Shown one piece after another: positions 54,192-63,988 of a stretch of 64,000 bases of DNA (within the stretch, counting starts at the first letter, position 1; each line of letters starts with the position of its first letter). Origin of the DNA: an uncultured Gemmatimonadales bacterium (GTDB lineage Bacteria; Gemmatimonadota; Gemmatimonadetes; Gemmatimonadales; GWC2-71-9); assembly GCA_963748815.1 (NCBI GenBank), contig CAVVKJ010000006.1:65728-129727 (forward strand), given 5' to 3'. The translations under genes were made by a program, and so were the position numbers. The notes beneath the pieces are model-generated. The model was not told the DNA's origin. It did no database searches and worked only from the letters and a program-made list of their open reading frames with translations.

Positions 54192-55967
54192 ATGCAGTTG
54201 GTGACGCTGGACTGGGTCATCGTCGTCCTGTCGCTCGCGGTCGCGTTCCTCCCCGCCGTCCTGCTCGCCCGCCGCGCGGGCTCCAGCACCGCCGAGTTCT
54301 TCACCTCGGGCCGCGCCGCGCCCTGGTGGCTGATCGGCGTCTCGATGGTGGCCACCACCTTCAGCACCGACACCCCGAACCTGGTGACCAACCTGGTGCG
54401 CGAGCACGGGGTCGCCAACAACTGGCTCTGGTGGTCGTTCCTCCTCACCGGCATGGCGACGGTGTTTTTCTATGCCCGGCTCTGGCGGCGCTCGGGCGTG
54501 CTCACCGACCTCGAGTTCTACGAAATTCGCTACGCCGGCCGCCCCGCCCAGCTGGTGCGCGGCTTCCGCGCCATCTACCTGGGGCTGTTCTTCAACTGTG
54601 TCATCATGGCCACCGTCAACCTGGCCGCGGTCAAGATCGCCAACGTGATCCTCGGCTGGCCGATGTGGCAGACGCTCGTGATCTGCGCCGGGCTCAACAT
54701 CGCCTTTGCCGCCACCGCCGGCCTCTGGGGTGTGCTGGTGACCGACCTGATCCAGTTCGGCATCGCCATGGCCGGCTCCTTCGCCGCGGCGTACTTCGCG
54801 CTGCAGCAGCCGGAGGTTGGCGGACTCAGCGGGCTGATGACCCGGCTCGACCCCGGCACCCTCCAGCTGCTGCCCGATTTCGGCGACTGGCAGCTCGCCC
54901 TCTCGGTGCTCATCATCCCGATCACGGTGCAGTGGTGGAGCGTCTGGTATCCAGGCGCCGAGCCGGGCGGCGGGAGCTACATCGCGCAGCGGATGCTCGC
55001 CGCCCGCACCGAGCGCGACGCGATGGCCGGCACGCTTTTCTTCAACGTGGCCCACTACGCCCTGCGGTCATGGCCCTGGATCATCGTGGCCCTGGCATCG
55101 CTCCTGGTCTACCCGCAGCTCTCCGACATCGCGGTGAGCTTCCCGAACGTCGACCCGGCGCTGATCGGCCACGACATGGCCTATCCCGCCATGCTCAAGT
55201 TCCTCCCCGTCGGGTGGCTCGGCCTCATGGTGGCCGGACTGCTGGCCGCGTACGTCTCCACCATCGCGACGCACCTGAACTGGGGCACCTCCTACCTGGT
55301 GCACGATCTCTACCGCCGGTTCATGCGGACCGACGCGAGCGAGCGGCACTACGTGATGATGGGCCGGATCGTGACGGCGCTGCTCATGGTCCTCGCGGCG
55401 GGACTGACCTTCGTGCTGGAGACGGCCAGCCAGAGCTTCCAGCTCCTCCTGTCGATCGGCGCCGGGACCGGCCTCCTCTACCTGCTGCGGTGGTTCTGGT
55501 GGCGGATCAACGCCTGGAGCGAGGTCAGCGCGATGGTCAGCTCCTTCCTCCTCGCGGCCGGGTTCCTCTACGGGCAGAAGCATGGCTTCCCCATGGACGC
55601 GACGCTCCAGCTGCTCCTGAGCGTCGGCATCACGACGGTCGTCTGGGTCACCGTCACCCTCCTGACCGCGCCGACCGAACGCAGCACGCTGCTGAGCTTC
55701 TTCAGGCTCGTCCGCCCCGCCGGCCCCGGCTGGCGGGCGGTGCAGGTCGAGGCGGGGGTGCCCCCCTCGCCCGACAGCCTCCCGATGGCCTTCCTCGGCT
55801 GGGTGCTCGGCTGCACCGCGGTGTACTCGGCGCTCTTCGGCGTCGGGAGCCTCCTCTACGGTCGCACACCGCAGGGGCTCATCTTCATGGCGGTGTTTGC
55901 CCTCACATCGTGGTGGCTCGCGAAGTTGCTCCCCGCCATGTGGGGTGGGGCGGGCCGGGCGGAGTGA
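54192..55967 (+). CDS. sodium:solute symporter family (SSF) transporter
   Basis: 591 aa with about 13-14 TM segments. The N-terminus FFTSGRAAPWWLIGVSMVATTFSTDTP is typical of SSF. Confidence 0.9.
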   Translation: MQLVTLDWVIVVLSLAVAFLPAVLLARRAGSSTAEFFTSGRAAPWWLIGVSMVATTFSTDTPNLVTNLVREHGVANNWLWWSFLLTGMATVFFYARLWRRSGVLTDLEFYEIRYAGRPAQLVRGFRAIYLGLFFNCVIMATVNLAAVKIANVILGWPMWQTLVICAGLNIAFAATAGLWGVLVTDLIQFGIAMAGSFAAAYFALQQPEVGGLSGLMTRLDPGTLQLLPDFGDWQLALSVLIIPITVQWWSVWYPGAEPGGGSYIAQRMLAARTERDAMAGTLFFNVAHYALRSWPWIIVALASLLVYPQLSDIAVSFPNVDPALIGHDMAYPAMLKFLPVGWLGLMVAGLLAAYVSTIATHLNWGTSYLVHDLYRRFMRTDASERHYVMMGRIVTALLMVLAAGLTFVLETASQSFQLLLSIGAGTGLLYLLRWFWWRINAWSEVSAMVSSFLLAAGFLYGQKHGFPMDATLQLLLSVGITTVVWVTVTLLTAPTERSTLLSFFRLVRPAGPGWRAVQVEAGVPPSPDSLPMAFLGWVLGCTAVYSALFGVGSLLYGRTPQGLIFMAVFALTSWWLAKLLPAMWGGAGRAE

Positions 55968-56773
55968 ACCGCGCCGTCATCCTGGCCCGCGGGCTGGGCC
56001 GCCGGATGCGACAGGCCGTTCCCGGCGCCACGCTCGAGCCCGGCCAGGACGCCGCCGCCGACCAGGGGATCAAGGGCATGATCCCCATCGGCCGGCCCTT
56101 CCTCGACTACCTCCTCTCCTCGCTCGCGGATGCCGGGTTCACGAAGGTCTGCCTCGTGATCGGCCCAGAACACCAGTCGGTGCGCGACTACTACGGCGCA
56201 CCCGGCCGCCTCCACCGGATCGACCTCAGCTTCGCCACCCAGGCAGAACCCCGGGGCACCGCCGACGCCGTGCTCGCGGCGGAGGCGTTTGCCGGCGAAG
56301 AGCTCTTCCTGGTCTGCAACGCCGACAACTACTACCCAGCGAACGTGCTGGCGGCGCTGCGCGCACTCGACCAGCCGGGATTGGCCGGGTTCGAACGGAA
56401 GGCCCTCGTCGAGCAGAGCAATATCCCCGCCGACCGCGTCAACCAGTTTGCCCTCCTCGCCGAAGACCCCGAGGGGCACCTCGTCGACATCGTCGAGAAG
56501 CCCGACGCGGCCACCGCCGCGCGACTCGGCCCCGCCGCCCTGGTCAGCATGAACGCCTGGGTCTTCGGACCGGACATCTTCGAGGCCTGCCGGCACGTGA
56601 CCCCGTCGGTCCGCGGCGAACTCGAGATTCAGGATGCGGTGCGCAACGCCATGCGGGTCCTCGGCACCAGGTTCGCCGTCGTGCCGGTACGCGCCGGCGT
56701 GCTCGACCTCTCGAACCGCGGAGACATCGCCGCCGTGGCCGAGCGCCTGAAGGACACCGAGGTCCGGCTCTGA
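55964..56773 (+). CDS. sugar-1-phosphate nucleotidyltransferase (NTP_transferase family)
   Basis: GTG 55964 overlaps the symporter stop (GTGA). AVILARGLGRRM is a G-rich nucleotide loop (GxGxR). GTADAV and CNADNYY are also present. 269 aa. Confidence 0.85.
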   Translation: MNRAVILARGLGRRMRQAVPGATLEPGQDAAADQGIKGMIPIGRPFLDYLLSSLADAGFTKVCLVIGPEHQSVRDYYGAPGRLHRIDLSFATQAEPRGTADAVLAAEAFAGEELFLVCNADNYYPANVLAALRALDQPGLAGFERKALVEQSNIPADRVNQFALLAEDPEGHLVDIVEKPDAATAARLGPAALVSMNAWVFGPDIFEACRHVTPSVRGELEIQDAVRNAMRVLGTRFAVVPVRAGVLDLSNRGDIAAVAERLKDTEVRL

Positions 56774-58047
56774 CCGGCGTCGACCTCCGGCAGCAGGTCC
56801 GCACCGCGCTCGAAACCGGTGCCCGGCCGGCCGCGCTCTGGCACGTCCCCGGTCGCGTGGAGTTGCTCGGCAAGCACACCGACTATGCCGGCGGCCGGAG
56901 CCTTCTCTGTGCCATCGATCGCGGGCTCGTCATCGGGATGGTGCCGCGTGACGACGACACGGTCACCTTTCTCGATTCGTCCAGCGGCGCGCGTGCCGCG
57001 TTCCGGCTCGACCCCCACCTGGTGCCGCTCACCGGGCGCTGGGCGGGCTTCCCGATGACGGTGGCCCGCCGGATCGCGCGGAACTTCCCCGATGCGCGCC
57101 GGGGCGCCGACCTGGCGCTCGCCAGCAACCTCCCGTCGGCGGCCGGGATGAGCAGTTCCAGCGCGCTCATCATCGCGACCTTCCTGGCGCTGGCGGAGGT
57201 GAACAACCTGCACGCCACCGACACCTGGCGCGCCCACCTCTCCACTCCGGAGGCGCTGGCGGAGTATCTCGGCTGCATCGAGAACGGCCAGGACTTCGGG
57301 CCGCTCACAGGCGACCGCGGCATCGGCACCTTCGGCGGCAGCCAGGACCACACCGCCATCCTGTGCTGCAAGACGGGACGGGTCAGCCGCTATTCGTTTG
57401 CGCCGGTCACGTTCGAGGGCGAGGTGGCGTGGCCCGAGGCGATGGCGCTGGTCATCGCTGTCAGCGGCGTCCGGTCTCGGAAGTCAGGCCCGCAGCGCGA
57501 GAGCTACAACCGGCTGTCGCTGGCCGTTCGCACGATCCTCGAACGCTGGCGCGAGGCGTCCGGCTCGCCGGCCGCCACGCTCGCCGCTGCGACCGCGGCA
57601 CCGGGGGCAATCGCGGCCATCTCCACCATGCTCGATGGCCATGCCGAACCGGGGTATCCGCCTGGATTCCTGGCCGGGCGGTTCCGGCAGTTTGTCCGGG
57701 AGAGCCACGAGATCATCCCGCAGGCCACCGCTGCCCTGGAACGCCACGACTTCCGTGCCCTCGGCCAACTGGTCGACGACTCGCAGCGCGGCGCCGAAGC
57801 GGGGCTGGGCAACCAGGTTCCCGAGACGATCCACCTGGCGCACCATGCGCGGGCACTCGGCGCCCATGCCGCATCGGCCTTCGGCGCGGGGTTCGGCGGC
57901 AGCGTCTGGGCGATGGTCGACGCCGCCGACAGCGGCCGATTCGCGAGCGACTGGATGAGGGACTACCGCCGCACCTACCCCGGAGCGGCGCGACGGGCGG
58001 AGTGCATTCAAACCGGGCCGGCGCCAGCCGCCCGGCGCATCGACTGA
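56770..58047 (+). CDS. GHMP-family sugar kinase (galactokinase-like, anomeric sugar 1-kinase)
   Basis: PGRVELLGKHTDYAGG is the galactokinase signature. PSAAGMSSSSAL is GHMP motif II. GAGFGGSVWAMV is motif III. There is no ATG/GTG/TTG between the in-frame upstream region and the GRVELLG motif. The start is provisionally CTG 56770, which overlaps the upstream stop (CTGA). Confidence 0.75.
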   Translation: MTGVDLRQQVRTALETGARPAALWHVPGRVELLGKHTDYAGGRSLLCAIDRGLVIGMVPRDDDTVTFLDSSSGARAAFRLDPHLVPLTGRWAGFPMTVARRIARNFPDARRGADLALASNLPSAAGMSSSSALIIATFLALAEVNNLHATDTWRAHLSTPEALAEYLGCIENGQDFGPLTGDRGIGTFGGSQDHTAILCCKTGRVSRYSFAPVTFEGEVAWPEAMALVIAVSGVRSRKSGPQRESYNRLSLAVRTILERWREASGSPAATLAAATAAPGAIAAISTMLDGHAEPGYPPGFLAGRFRQFVRESHEIIPQATAALERHDFRALGQLVDDSQRGAEAGLGNQVPETIHLAHHARALGAHAASAFGAGFGGSVWAMVDAADSGRFASDWMRDYRRTYPGAARRAECIQTGPAPAARRID

Positions 58048-58067
58048 CACCAGGAGCGGAGTGAACC

Positions 58068-59423
58068 ATGCACGATTCCGACGAGCACCGGCTTTCGCGC
58101 CGCGACTTCCTCGGCGCGGGCGTAACCGCCGCCGCGGCGGCCACTCTGCTCCCCGGGGCGGTACGGGCGGACGAGGGGGCGCAGGCGGAACGGATGATCG
58201 GCGTCCCCTTCGCGCCGCGCGACGTGGTGCGGATCGGACTCATCGGCGTAGGTGGGCGGGGGCGGAGCCTGTTGCGGGACCTGCTCGCGATCGACGGGGT
58301 CCGGATCGCGGCGCTCTGCGACCTGGTCCCGGAGCACGCCGCGCGCGGGGCAACGATGGTCAAGGACGCCGGGCAGGAGACGGCACCCGCCATCTACGAC
58401 GGCAATGAGAGCGCCTGGGAACAGCTCGTCGGGCGCGACGACATCGACGTCGTCTACATCGCCACACCCTGGAACTGGCATGTACCGATGGCGGTCGGGG
58501 CAATGCGCCAGGGCATGCATGCCGCGGTCGAAGTTCCCGCCGCCACCACGCTGGACGACTGCTGGACGCTGGTCAACGTCTCCGAGAAGACCCGCCGACA
58601 TTGCATCATGCTGGAAAACTGCTGCTATGGATACAACGAGATGCTGGTCCTGAATCTCGTGAAGGCCGGCAGGCTCGGCCGGCTGACCCACGGGGAGTGC
58701 GCCTACATCCACGACCTCCGGGAACTCCTCCTCAGCGACGAGGGCGAGGGGCTCTGGCGCCGGTATCCCCACCTGCAGCTGGACGGCAACCTGTATCCGA
58801 CCCACGGCCTCGGACCGGTGGCCAACTACATGGCCATCAACCGGGGCGACCGATTTGAGTACCTGGTCTCGATGAGCAGCCTCGAGGCGGGGCTCACGGA
58901 ATACCGCGACGAGCACCTGCCCCCGTCCGACCCGAAGCGACAGGAACGGTACCGCACCGGCGACATGAACACCTCGCTCATCAAGACCGCGCTCGGGCGC
59001 ACCGTCATGCTGCAGCACGACGTGGTGAGCCCCCGTCCCTACAGCAGGATCAACCTGATCTCCGGCACCCGCGGGATCTTCGCCGACTATCCAGCCCGGA
59101 TCATGATCGAGGGGCAGCCCGAAGGTGATGAGTGGGCCGGGCTGGACGGGTACAAGGCGGAATTCGAGAGCCCGCTCTGGACCCGGGTCGGCGAGCTCGC
59201 GCGGAAACTGGGCGGGCACGGCGGGATGGACTTCATCATGAACTACCGGCTGGTCCAGTGCCTGAGGGAGGGGCTGGTGCCCGACATGGACGTGTACGAC
59301 GCCGCCGCCTGGAGCGCGCCGGGGCCGCTCAGCGTCACCTCGATGCAGCGGGGAAGCAGACCGGTGGATGTGCCCGACTTCACGCGGGACGGCTGGCGCA
59401 CACCCCGGGCGGTGATGGGCTAG
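58068..59423 (+). CDS. Tat-exported Gfo/Idh/MocA-fold protein, GH109 (NAD-dependent alpha-N-acetylgalactosaminidase)-like
   Basis: Twin-arginine signal SRRDFLGAGVTAAAAA. Rossmann motif IGLIGVGGRG. The block CIMLENCCYGYNEMLVLNLVKAGRLGRLTHGECAYIHDLR matches my recollection of GH109 proteins. Confidence 0.75.
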   Translation: MHDSDEHRLSRRDFLGAGVTAAAAATLLPGAVRADEGAQAERMIGVPFAPRDVVRIGLIGVGGRGRSLLRDLLAIDGVRIAALCDLVPEHAARGATMVKDAGQETAPAIYDGNESAWEQLVGRDDIDVVYIATPWNWHVPMAVGAMRQGMHAAVEVPAATTLDDCWTLVNVSEKTRRHCIMLENCCYGYNEMLVLNLVKAGRLGRLTHGECAYIHDLRELLLSDEGEGLWRRYPHLQLDGNLYPTHGLGPVANYMAINRGDRFEYLVSMSSLEAGLTEYRDEHLPPSDPKRQERYRTGDMNTSLIKTALGRTVMLQHDVVSPRPYSRINLISGTRGIFADYPARIMIEGQPEGDEWAGLDGYKAEFESPLWTRVGELARKLGGHGGMDFIMNYRLVQCLREGLVPDMDVYDAAAWSAPGPLSVTSMQRGSRPVDVPDFTRDGWRTPRAVMG

Positions 59424-60085
59424 GCGCCGTTGGCGGCCGCCACCAGCGCGCGCACCGCGGCCGCGTCCTCGGGCGTGCCGCTGTGAATCTCGGTCACCCC
59501 CGTGCCCTCCACCAGCGCGGCGGCGTTGTGGGCGCGGACGGAACCGCCTGCCAGGATCCCGATCCGTCCCGCCGCCCGGTCGACCAGCGCCCGGATCCTC
59601 GGCGTCCCCTTCGTGGCCGTGGCGGCGCCCCCGGATGTCAGCACACGCGTCAACCCGGCCCGGACCAGCTGGTCCAGCGCGGACAGCTGATCGGCGGCGG
59701 CATCGAAGGCGCGGTGGAAGGTGACGGGGAGCGGCCCCGCCGCGGCCACGATGGCTTCGAGTGCCGGCTCATCGATCGTGCCCGACGTCGTCAGCGCGCC
59801 GGCGACGATGCCGGCCGCGCCCTGATCTGACGCGATCCGAATGTCGAGGAGCAGGCGTTCGAGTTCGGCCGCCGAGAGGACGAAGGGTCCCGGAACGGGG
59901 CGCACGAGAACGAACACCGGAATGGACAGGCGACGGACGCACTCCGCGATGAGCGGGCCGGGAGGGGTGAGGCCGCCGAGTGCGAGCGACGCACAGAGTT
60001 CAACGCGCCCCGCCCCACCTTCCTCGGCCGCGAGGGCGCCGGGCAGGGTCTCGATGCAGGCCTCGAGCAGGACACGTGGCATCAT
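59420..60085 (-). CDS. cutC: CutC-family protein
   Basis: 221 aa. LEACIETLPGALAAEEGGAGRVELC...GGLTP...VLVRP and, later, TFHRAFD are typical of the CutC TIM-barrel family. Its stop and the GH109 stop overlap as CTAG (59420-59423). Confidence 0.9.
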   Translation of the reverse strand: MMPRVLLEACIETLPGALAAEEGGAGRVELCASLALGGLTPPGPLIAECVRRLSIPVFVLVRPVPGPFVLSAAELERLLLDIRIASDQGAAGIVAGALTTSGTIDEPALEAIVAAAGPLPVTFHRAFDAAADQLSALDQLVRAGLTRVLTSGGAATATKGTPRIRALVDRAAGRIGILAGGSVRAHNAAALVEGTGVTEIHSGTPEDAAAVRALVAAANGA

Positions 60086-60213
60086 GACAAGATCGCTCCC
60101 GTTCCCCGGGCGCGCGAGGCCCCTCCACCCTTCCCTCCGGGCGTTGCGCGCTGCATCTTCCGGGGGTCGTCGGCCCGGTCGCCGGCCCCTGATCCACCTA
60201 CTGGAGGCATCTC

Positions 60214-60774
60214 ATGCTCAGCCTGACCCTGCTGGCCCTGGCCGGCAGCCTCGCCGCCGCACCGGCGGACACGACCTACAACAAGGTGACCCTCCCCGGC
60301 ACAGTCCAGGTCGCGGGCCACAGTCTCGTCCTGAACGGCGTGGCCCTCCGCAAGAAGGCCGTCTTCAAGGTCTACGTGGCGGGGCTCTACCTCGCGGCCA
60401 AGTCGAACAACCCCGACGCGGTGTTGTCCGCCGACTCGCCGAGGCAGCTGGTCATGCAGTTCCTGCGCGACGTCGGGAAGGACAAGATGTGCGAGGCGTG
60501 GGACGAGGCGCTGGCAAACAACACGCCCAACGCCTCGGAGCAGCTCAAGGCGGAGTTCGTGACGCTCTGCGGCTACATGGAAGACATCAAGAAGGAACAG
60601 CAGTTCGTCTTCACCTACGTTCCCGGAACGGGCACCGAGGTGAAGGTGGCCGGCGTGGCGAAGGGCACCATTCCGGGCAAGGACTTTGCCGACGCGCTCT
60701 TCAAGGCATGGATCGGACCGAACCCGGGCCCGGGCACCGGGTTCCGTGACGACTTGATGGGAATCAAGAACTAG
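60214..60774 (+). CDS. chalcone isomerase-like (Chalcone_3) family secreted protein
   Basis: Signal peptide present. LNGVALRKKAVFKVYVAGLYL and ALFKAWIGPNP are typical of bacterial CHI-like proteins. 186 aa. Confidence 0.8.
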   Translation: MLSLTLLALAGSLAAAPADTTYNKVTLPGTVQVAGHSLVLNGVALRKKAVFKVYVAGLYLAAKSNNPDAVLSADSPRQLVMQFLRDVGKDKMCEAWDEALANNTPNASEQLKAEFVTLCGYMEDIKKEQQFVFTYVPGTGTEVKVAGVAKGTIPGKDFADALFKAWIGPNPGPGTGFRDDLMGIKN

Positions 60775-60794
60775 GCGGGGCAGCGGGGCACGAA

Positions 60795-60831
60795 GGGAGG
60801 GGCGCACAGCTGTGCGCCCCTCCCCTTTTTT
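60795..60831 (+). terminator. rho-independent terminator between convergent genes
   Basis: GGGAGGGGCGCAC-AGCT-GTGCGCCCCTCCC, a perfect 13-bp stem, followed by CTTTTTT. Confidence 0.7.
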
Positions 60832-60834
60832 GAC

Positions 60835-63800
60835 CTACTTCTCGCCGGCGAGTCCCGCCATCCGCTCCCGCACGTCCTTCACCTGCGGCTGCAGGGCAGC
60901 ATCAGCATCTCGCCATAGATCCACAAAGTCGCCGTAGTACTGGAGCGCCTTCGCCCGATCGCCCCGGCCCTCGTACATTTCTCCCAACCGGCGGTAGGTG
61001 GGAGCAATCTCCAGGACCGCGCTGCCGGTGCCTGTCCGACTGTCGGGCATGGTGACGGAACTCTCGTACCGCGCCAGTGCGGAGTCAGGTTCCCCTGCCT
61101 GTTCCCACGCCGAGCCGGCCTCCCAGAGATTACAGCTCGGGCACCGGATCATGTTTCGGTGTACATCGTACGCAATGGCCGCGTCGCGCCAGCGCCCCTC
61201 AGCCTGGGCCGTCATGGCCAGCCAATACACTGAGTCCGCCGCAGATCTCTGCTCCGCTGGACGCACCCTCGTCCACTCGGCCCGCAGCCGCTTCACGTCT
61301 GCGGGGCGGCCCGCCAGGGCGTACCCCGAGGCCAGTCCCATGTACCCCCGCTGATCTTCAGGGAGGGAGTTGAGGACCGCCGGTGAGTAGAGGGTGTCAG
61401 CCGCCTTGCCCCATGCCTCCCACTCTCCCAGAAAATAGGCCTTCTCGATTGTGGCGAGCGAGCGCAAATAGATGGCTGTGCCCTGCTGGCCGATCGCAGT
61501 CATTGTGCTCGCCAGGCCGGCCGCGATGCGATCCGCCTCGTCCAGTCTGCCGAGCGCGGTCGCGATCCCGAGCCGCTCGAACTGCTCGTTCACGCGATCC
61601 GCTGGCGCCGTCCCCTGAACCCGCGCCGGGTCCCGCAGGAGCGAATCGGCGGCGCGGTAATTCCGGCGCATATACGCACGGGCGCGCACCATCTCGTCGG
61701 GACGGGACGAGCTCGGACTCCGGCGGCGCAGTTCGGCGAGGACCGAGTCGGCGGCGGCGTCCTTCCCCTGCTGGTAGAGCGACTGGATCAGGTTGATCAG
61801 CCCGCTCTGGATCTGCGACGTGGCGACCAGGTGCCGGAGCAGCACCTCCGCCTCCGCCGGCCGCCCTTCCGAGTTCAGCTTGAGGCCAAGGTTGTTGAGC
61901 GCGGTCGGCTCGTCGGGATTGGCCACCAGCACCGACCGGTACGCCGCCTCGACCTTACCGTCGTCCTCGGTGATGACCTCGTTGTAGTACGCCTCGGTCA
62001 GCCCCCGTTCCACCGGGGGGAGCCGGTCTCGGTACTGGTAGGCCCGCTTCGCCGCATCCATCGACTCCTCGCTGCTCCCCGGCAGCGCCTGCGGCAGCAC
62101 CACCGCCAGCTTTCGCCAGGCCATCGCAAAGGTGCTGTCCACCTTGACCGCCTGCCGGAGGAGCGGAACCGCACCCTCGGAATCACCATGCGAGTGCTTC
62201 TCGGTCGCCTCGGTGTACAACCGGAGGGCCTCGAACGAGGAGGTGGTGACCTGCTCCAGCCGCTCGGAGCCCCGGATGCGGCCCAGCGATTCGCCGACCT
62301 TCTCCCGCAGCGCCTTGGAAAGCCTGTCCACCGCCGAAATGAGCTGGGAGGCGTCGCTCGCGGTCTCCCGGATCGGCACCAGCGTCTCGCCGGTGTTGGC
62401 GTCGAGCACGCGTGCGGCGAGCGAGTAGCCCGACCCAAGCTGGGTGATTTCACCGGTGATGATGGCCTTGATCCCCTCGCGTCGCGCCACATCACTCGCG
62501 AGTGCCTGGTCGACCTGGGCGTCGTCCAGGCTTGCCCATCCGCTGCAGGGCCGCCCGGAGGTCTCCCGCCTCCACGAGGCGCATCACGTTGGACTGGCCC
62601 AGGTCGATCCGGAGCGCCTCGGTCACCGACGCGCCGAGCGTCGGATCGCTGGTCCGGTTCTCGAATTCGACCAGGATGATCCGGTCCTGCGCCGCGAGGA
62701 CGCCGGCGCTCATGAGGGTGCTCCCCGGCCCGACCCCCATCTTGCGCGAAATCAGGAAACCGACGCCGAGCAGCACCACGAGGCCAAGCGCCATCCACCC
62801 CCCCACGATGGTCCGGCGCCAGGTGAACCACCCGTGGTGCGCCGGCTCCGGTTCGAACCGGAGCGTGCCCATCGTCATCTGGACGGCGCGCTTCCGCTCC
62901 ACCCGCCCCGTGTAGGCGATGATCGGGAGCCCGATGGCCATCGCGACGGCCGCTCCCTGCCACACCCAGTCCGGCAGGTCGAGGATCCGCGTCAGGCCGA
63001 ACGCCGATCCGACCACCACGGCCGACGCGAAGAGGAAGAGCCCGAGCACCCGGCCTGGCGCATAGCGCTTGACCGCGGCCTCCGCATCCTGCCGCGCCGT
63101 AGAAATCGGCTGCGTAGAGATGGGGGTGGTGCCGCCGGTGGGCGTCGCCATCGCGGTCAGCAGCGCGGCGATTTCGTCGGCGGTCTGGATTCGGTCGGCC
63201 GGGTTCTTCTCCAGGCACCTGAGCACCAGCTCGTTCATGGCCGTCGGGATGGTGTTCCGGTACCGGACCGGCGGCTCCGGCTTTTCGGCAATGTGCGCCG
63301 CCAGCATCCCCTGGGGCGTTGGGGCGACGAACGGCGTGCGACCGCAGAGCATCTCGTAGGCCATGGCGCCGACGGCGTAGATGTCGGCCCGCTGGTCCAC
63401 CCGCGGGTCGGCCGCCGCCTGCTCCGGCGCCATGTACGCCGGCGTCCCCAGGGCGATCCCGAGCGAGGTCAGGTTGGTGTGCCCGTCGCCGCTGGAAGCG
63501 CTCACCGCCTTGGCCACGCCGAAGTCGGTCACCAGCGCGTGTTTGCCGGAGAGCATCACGTTGTCGGGCTTGATGTCGCGGTGCACCACCCCGTGATGGT
63601 GGGAGTAGGCGAGCGCGTCCACCACGTTGTGCAGGATGCGCAGCACCTCGCCCATCGGTAGCGCGCCCTCCCGCGCCAGCCGGGCCCGGAGCGACTCGCC
63701 GTCGATGAACGGCATGACGTAGTACGCCAGGTCGGCGTTGGCGCCGGCCGTCAGGAGCTGGACGATGTGGGGGTGCTGCAGCGAGGCGGCGAGCTGGATT

Positions 63801-63988
63801 TCCCGCTCGAACCGCTCGGCGTTGACGCCGGCCGCCATGTCCGGAGGGAGCACCTTGATGACGACCCGCCGACCGAGACGGGTCTCCTCAGCCAGGAAGA
63901 CACGGCTCATGCCGCCGCCGCCGAGTTCCCGGAGGATGCGATAATTGTCGCCGAGGGCCGCGTGCAGGCGGTCCGATAGTTCGGCCAT
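60835..63988 (-). pseudogene. Ser/Thr protein kinase - TM - periplasmic domain - TPR protein, frameshifted
   Basis: Track ORF 62492..63988 carries the Hanks kinase (GGGGMSRV, VIK, HRDIKPDN, DFG, APE) and TM segments. Track ORF 60835..62490 carries the continuation (ARREGIKAIITGEITQLGSGY...) and TPR repeats. They are in different frames, and the linker LDDAQVDQALASDV reads through in the downstream frame. Total length is 3n+1. Confidence 0.8.

Noticed and set aside
59420-59423. CTAG where the GH109 and cutC stop codons overlap on opposite strands.
   Set aside because: This is a real feature, but it is a trivial consequence of tight convergent packing. No hairpin or terminator is possible between the genes, and nothing further can be inferred.
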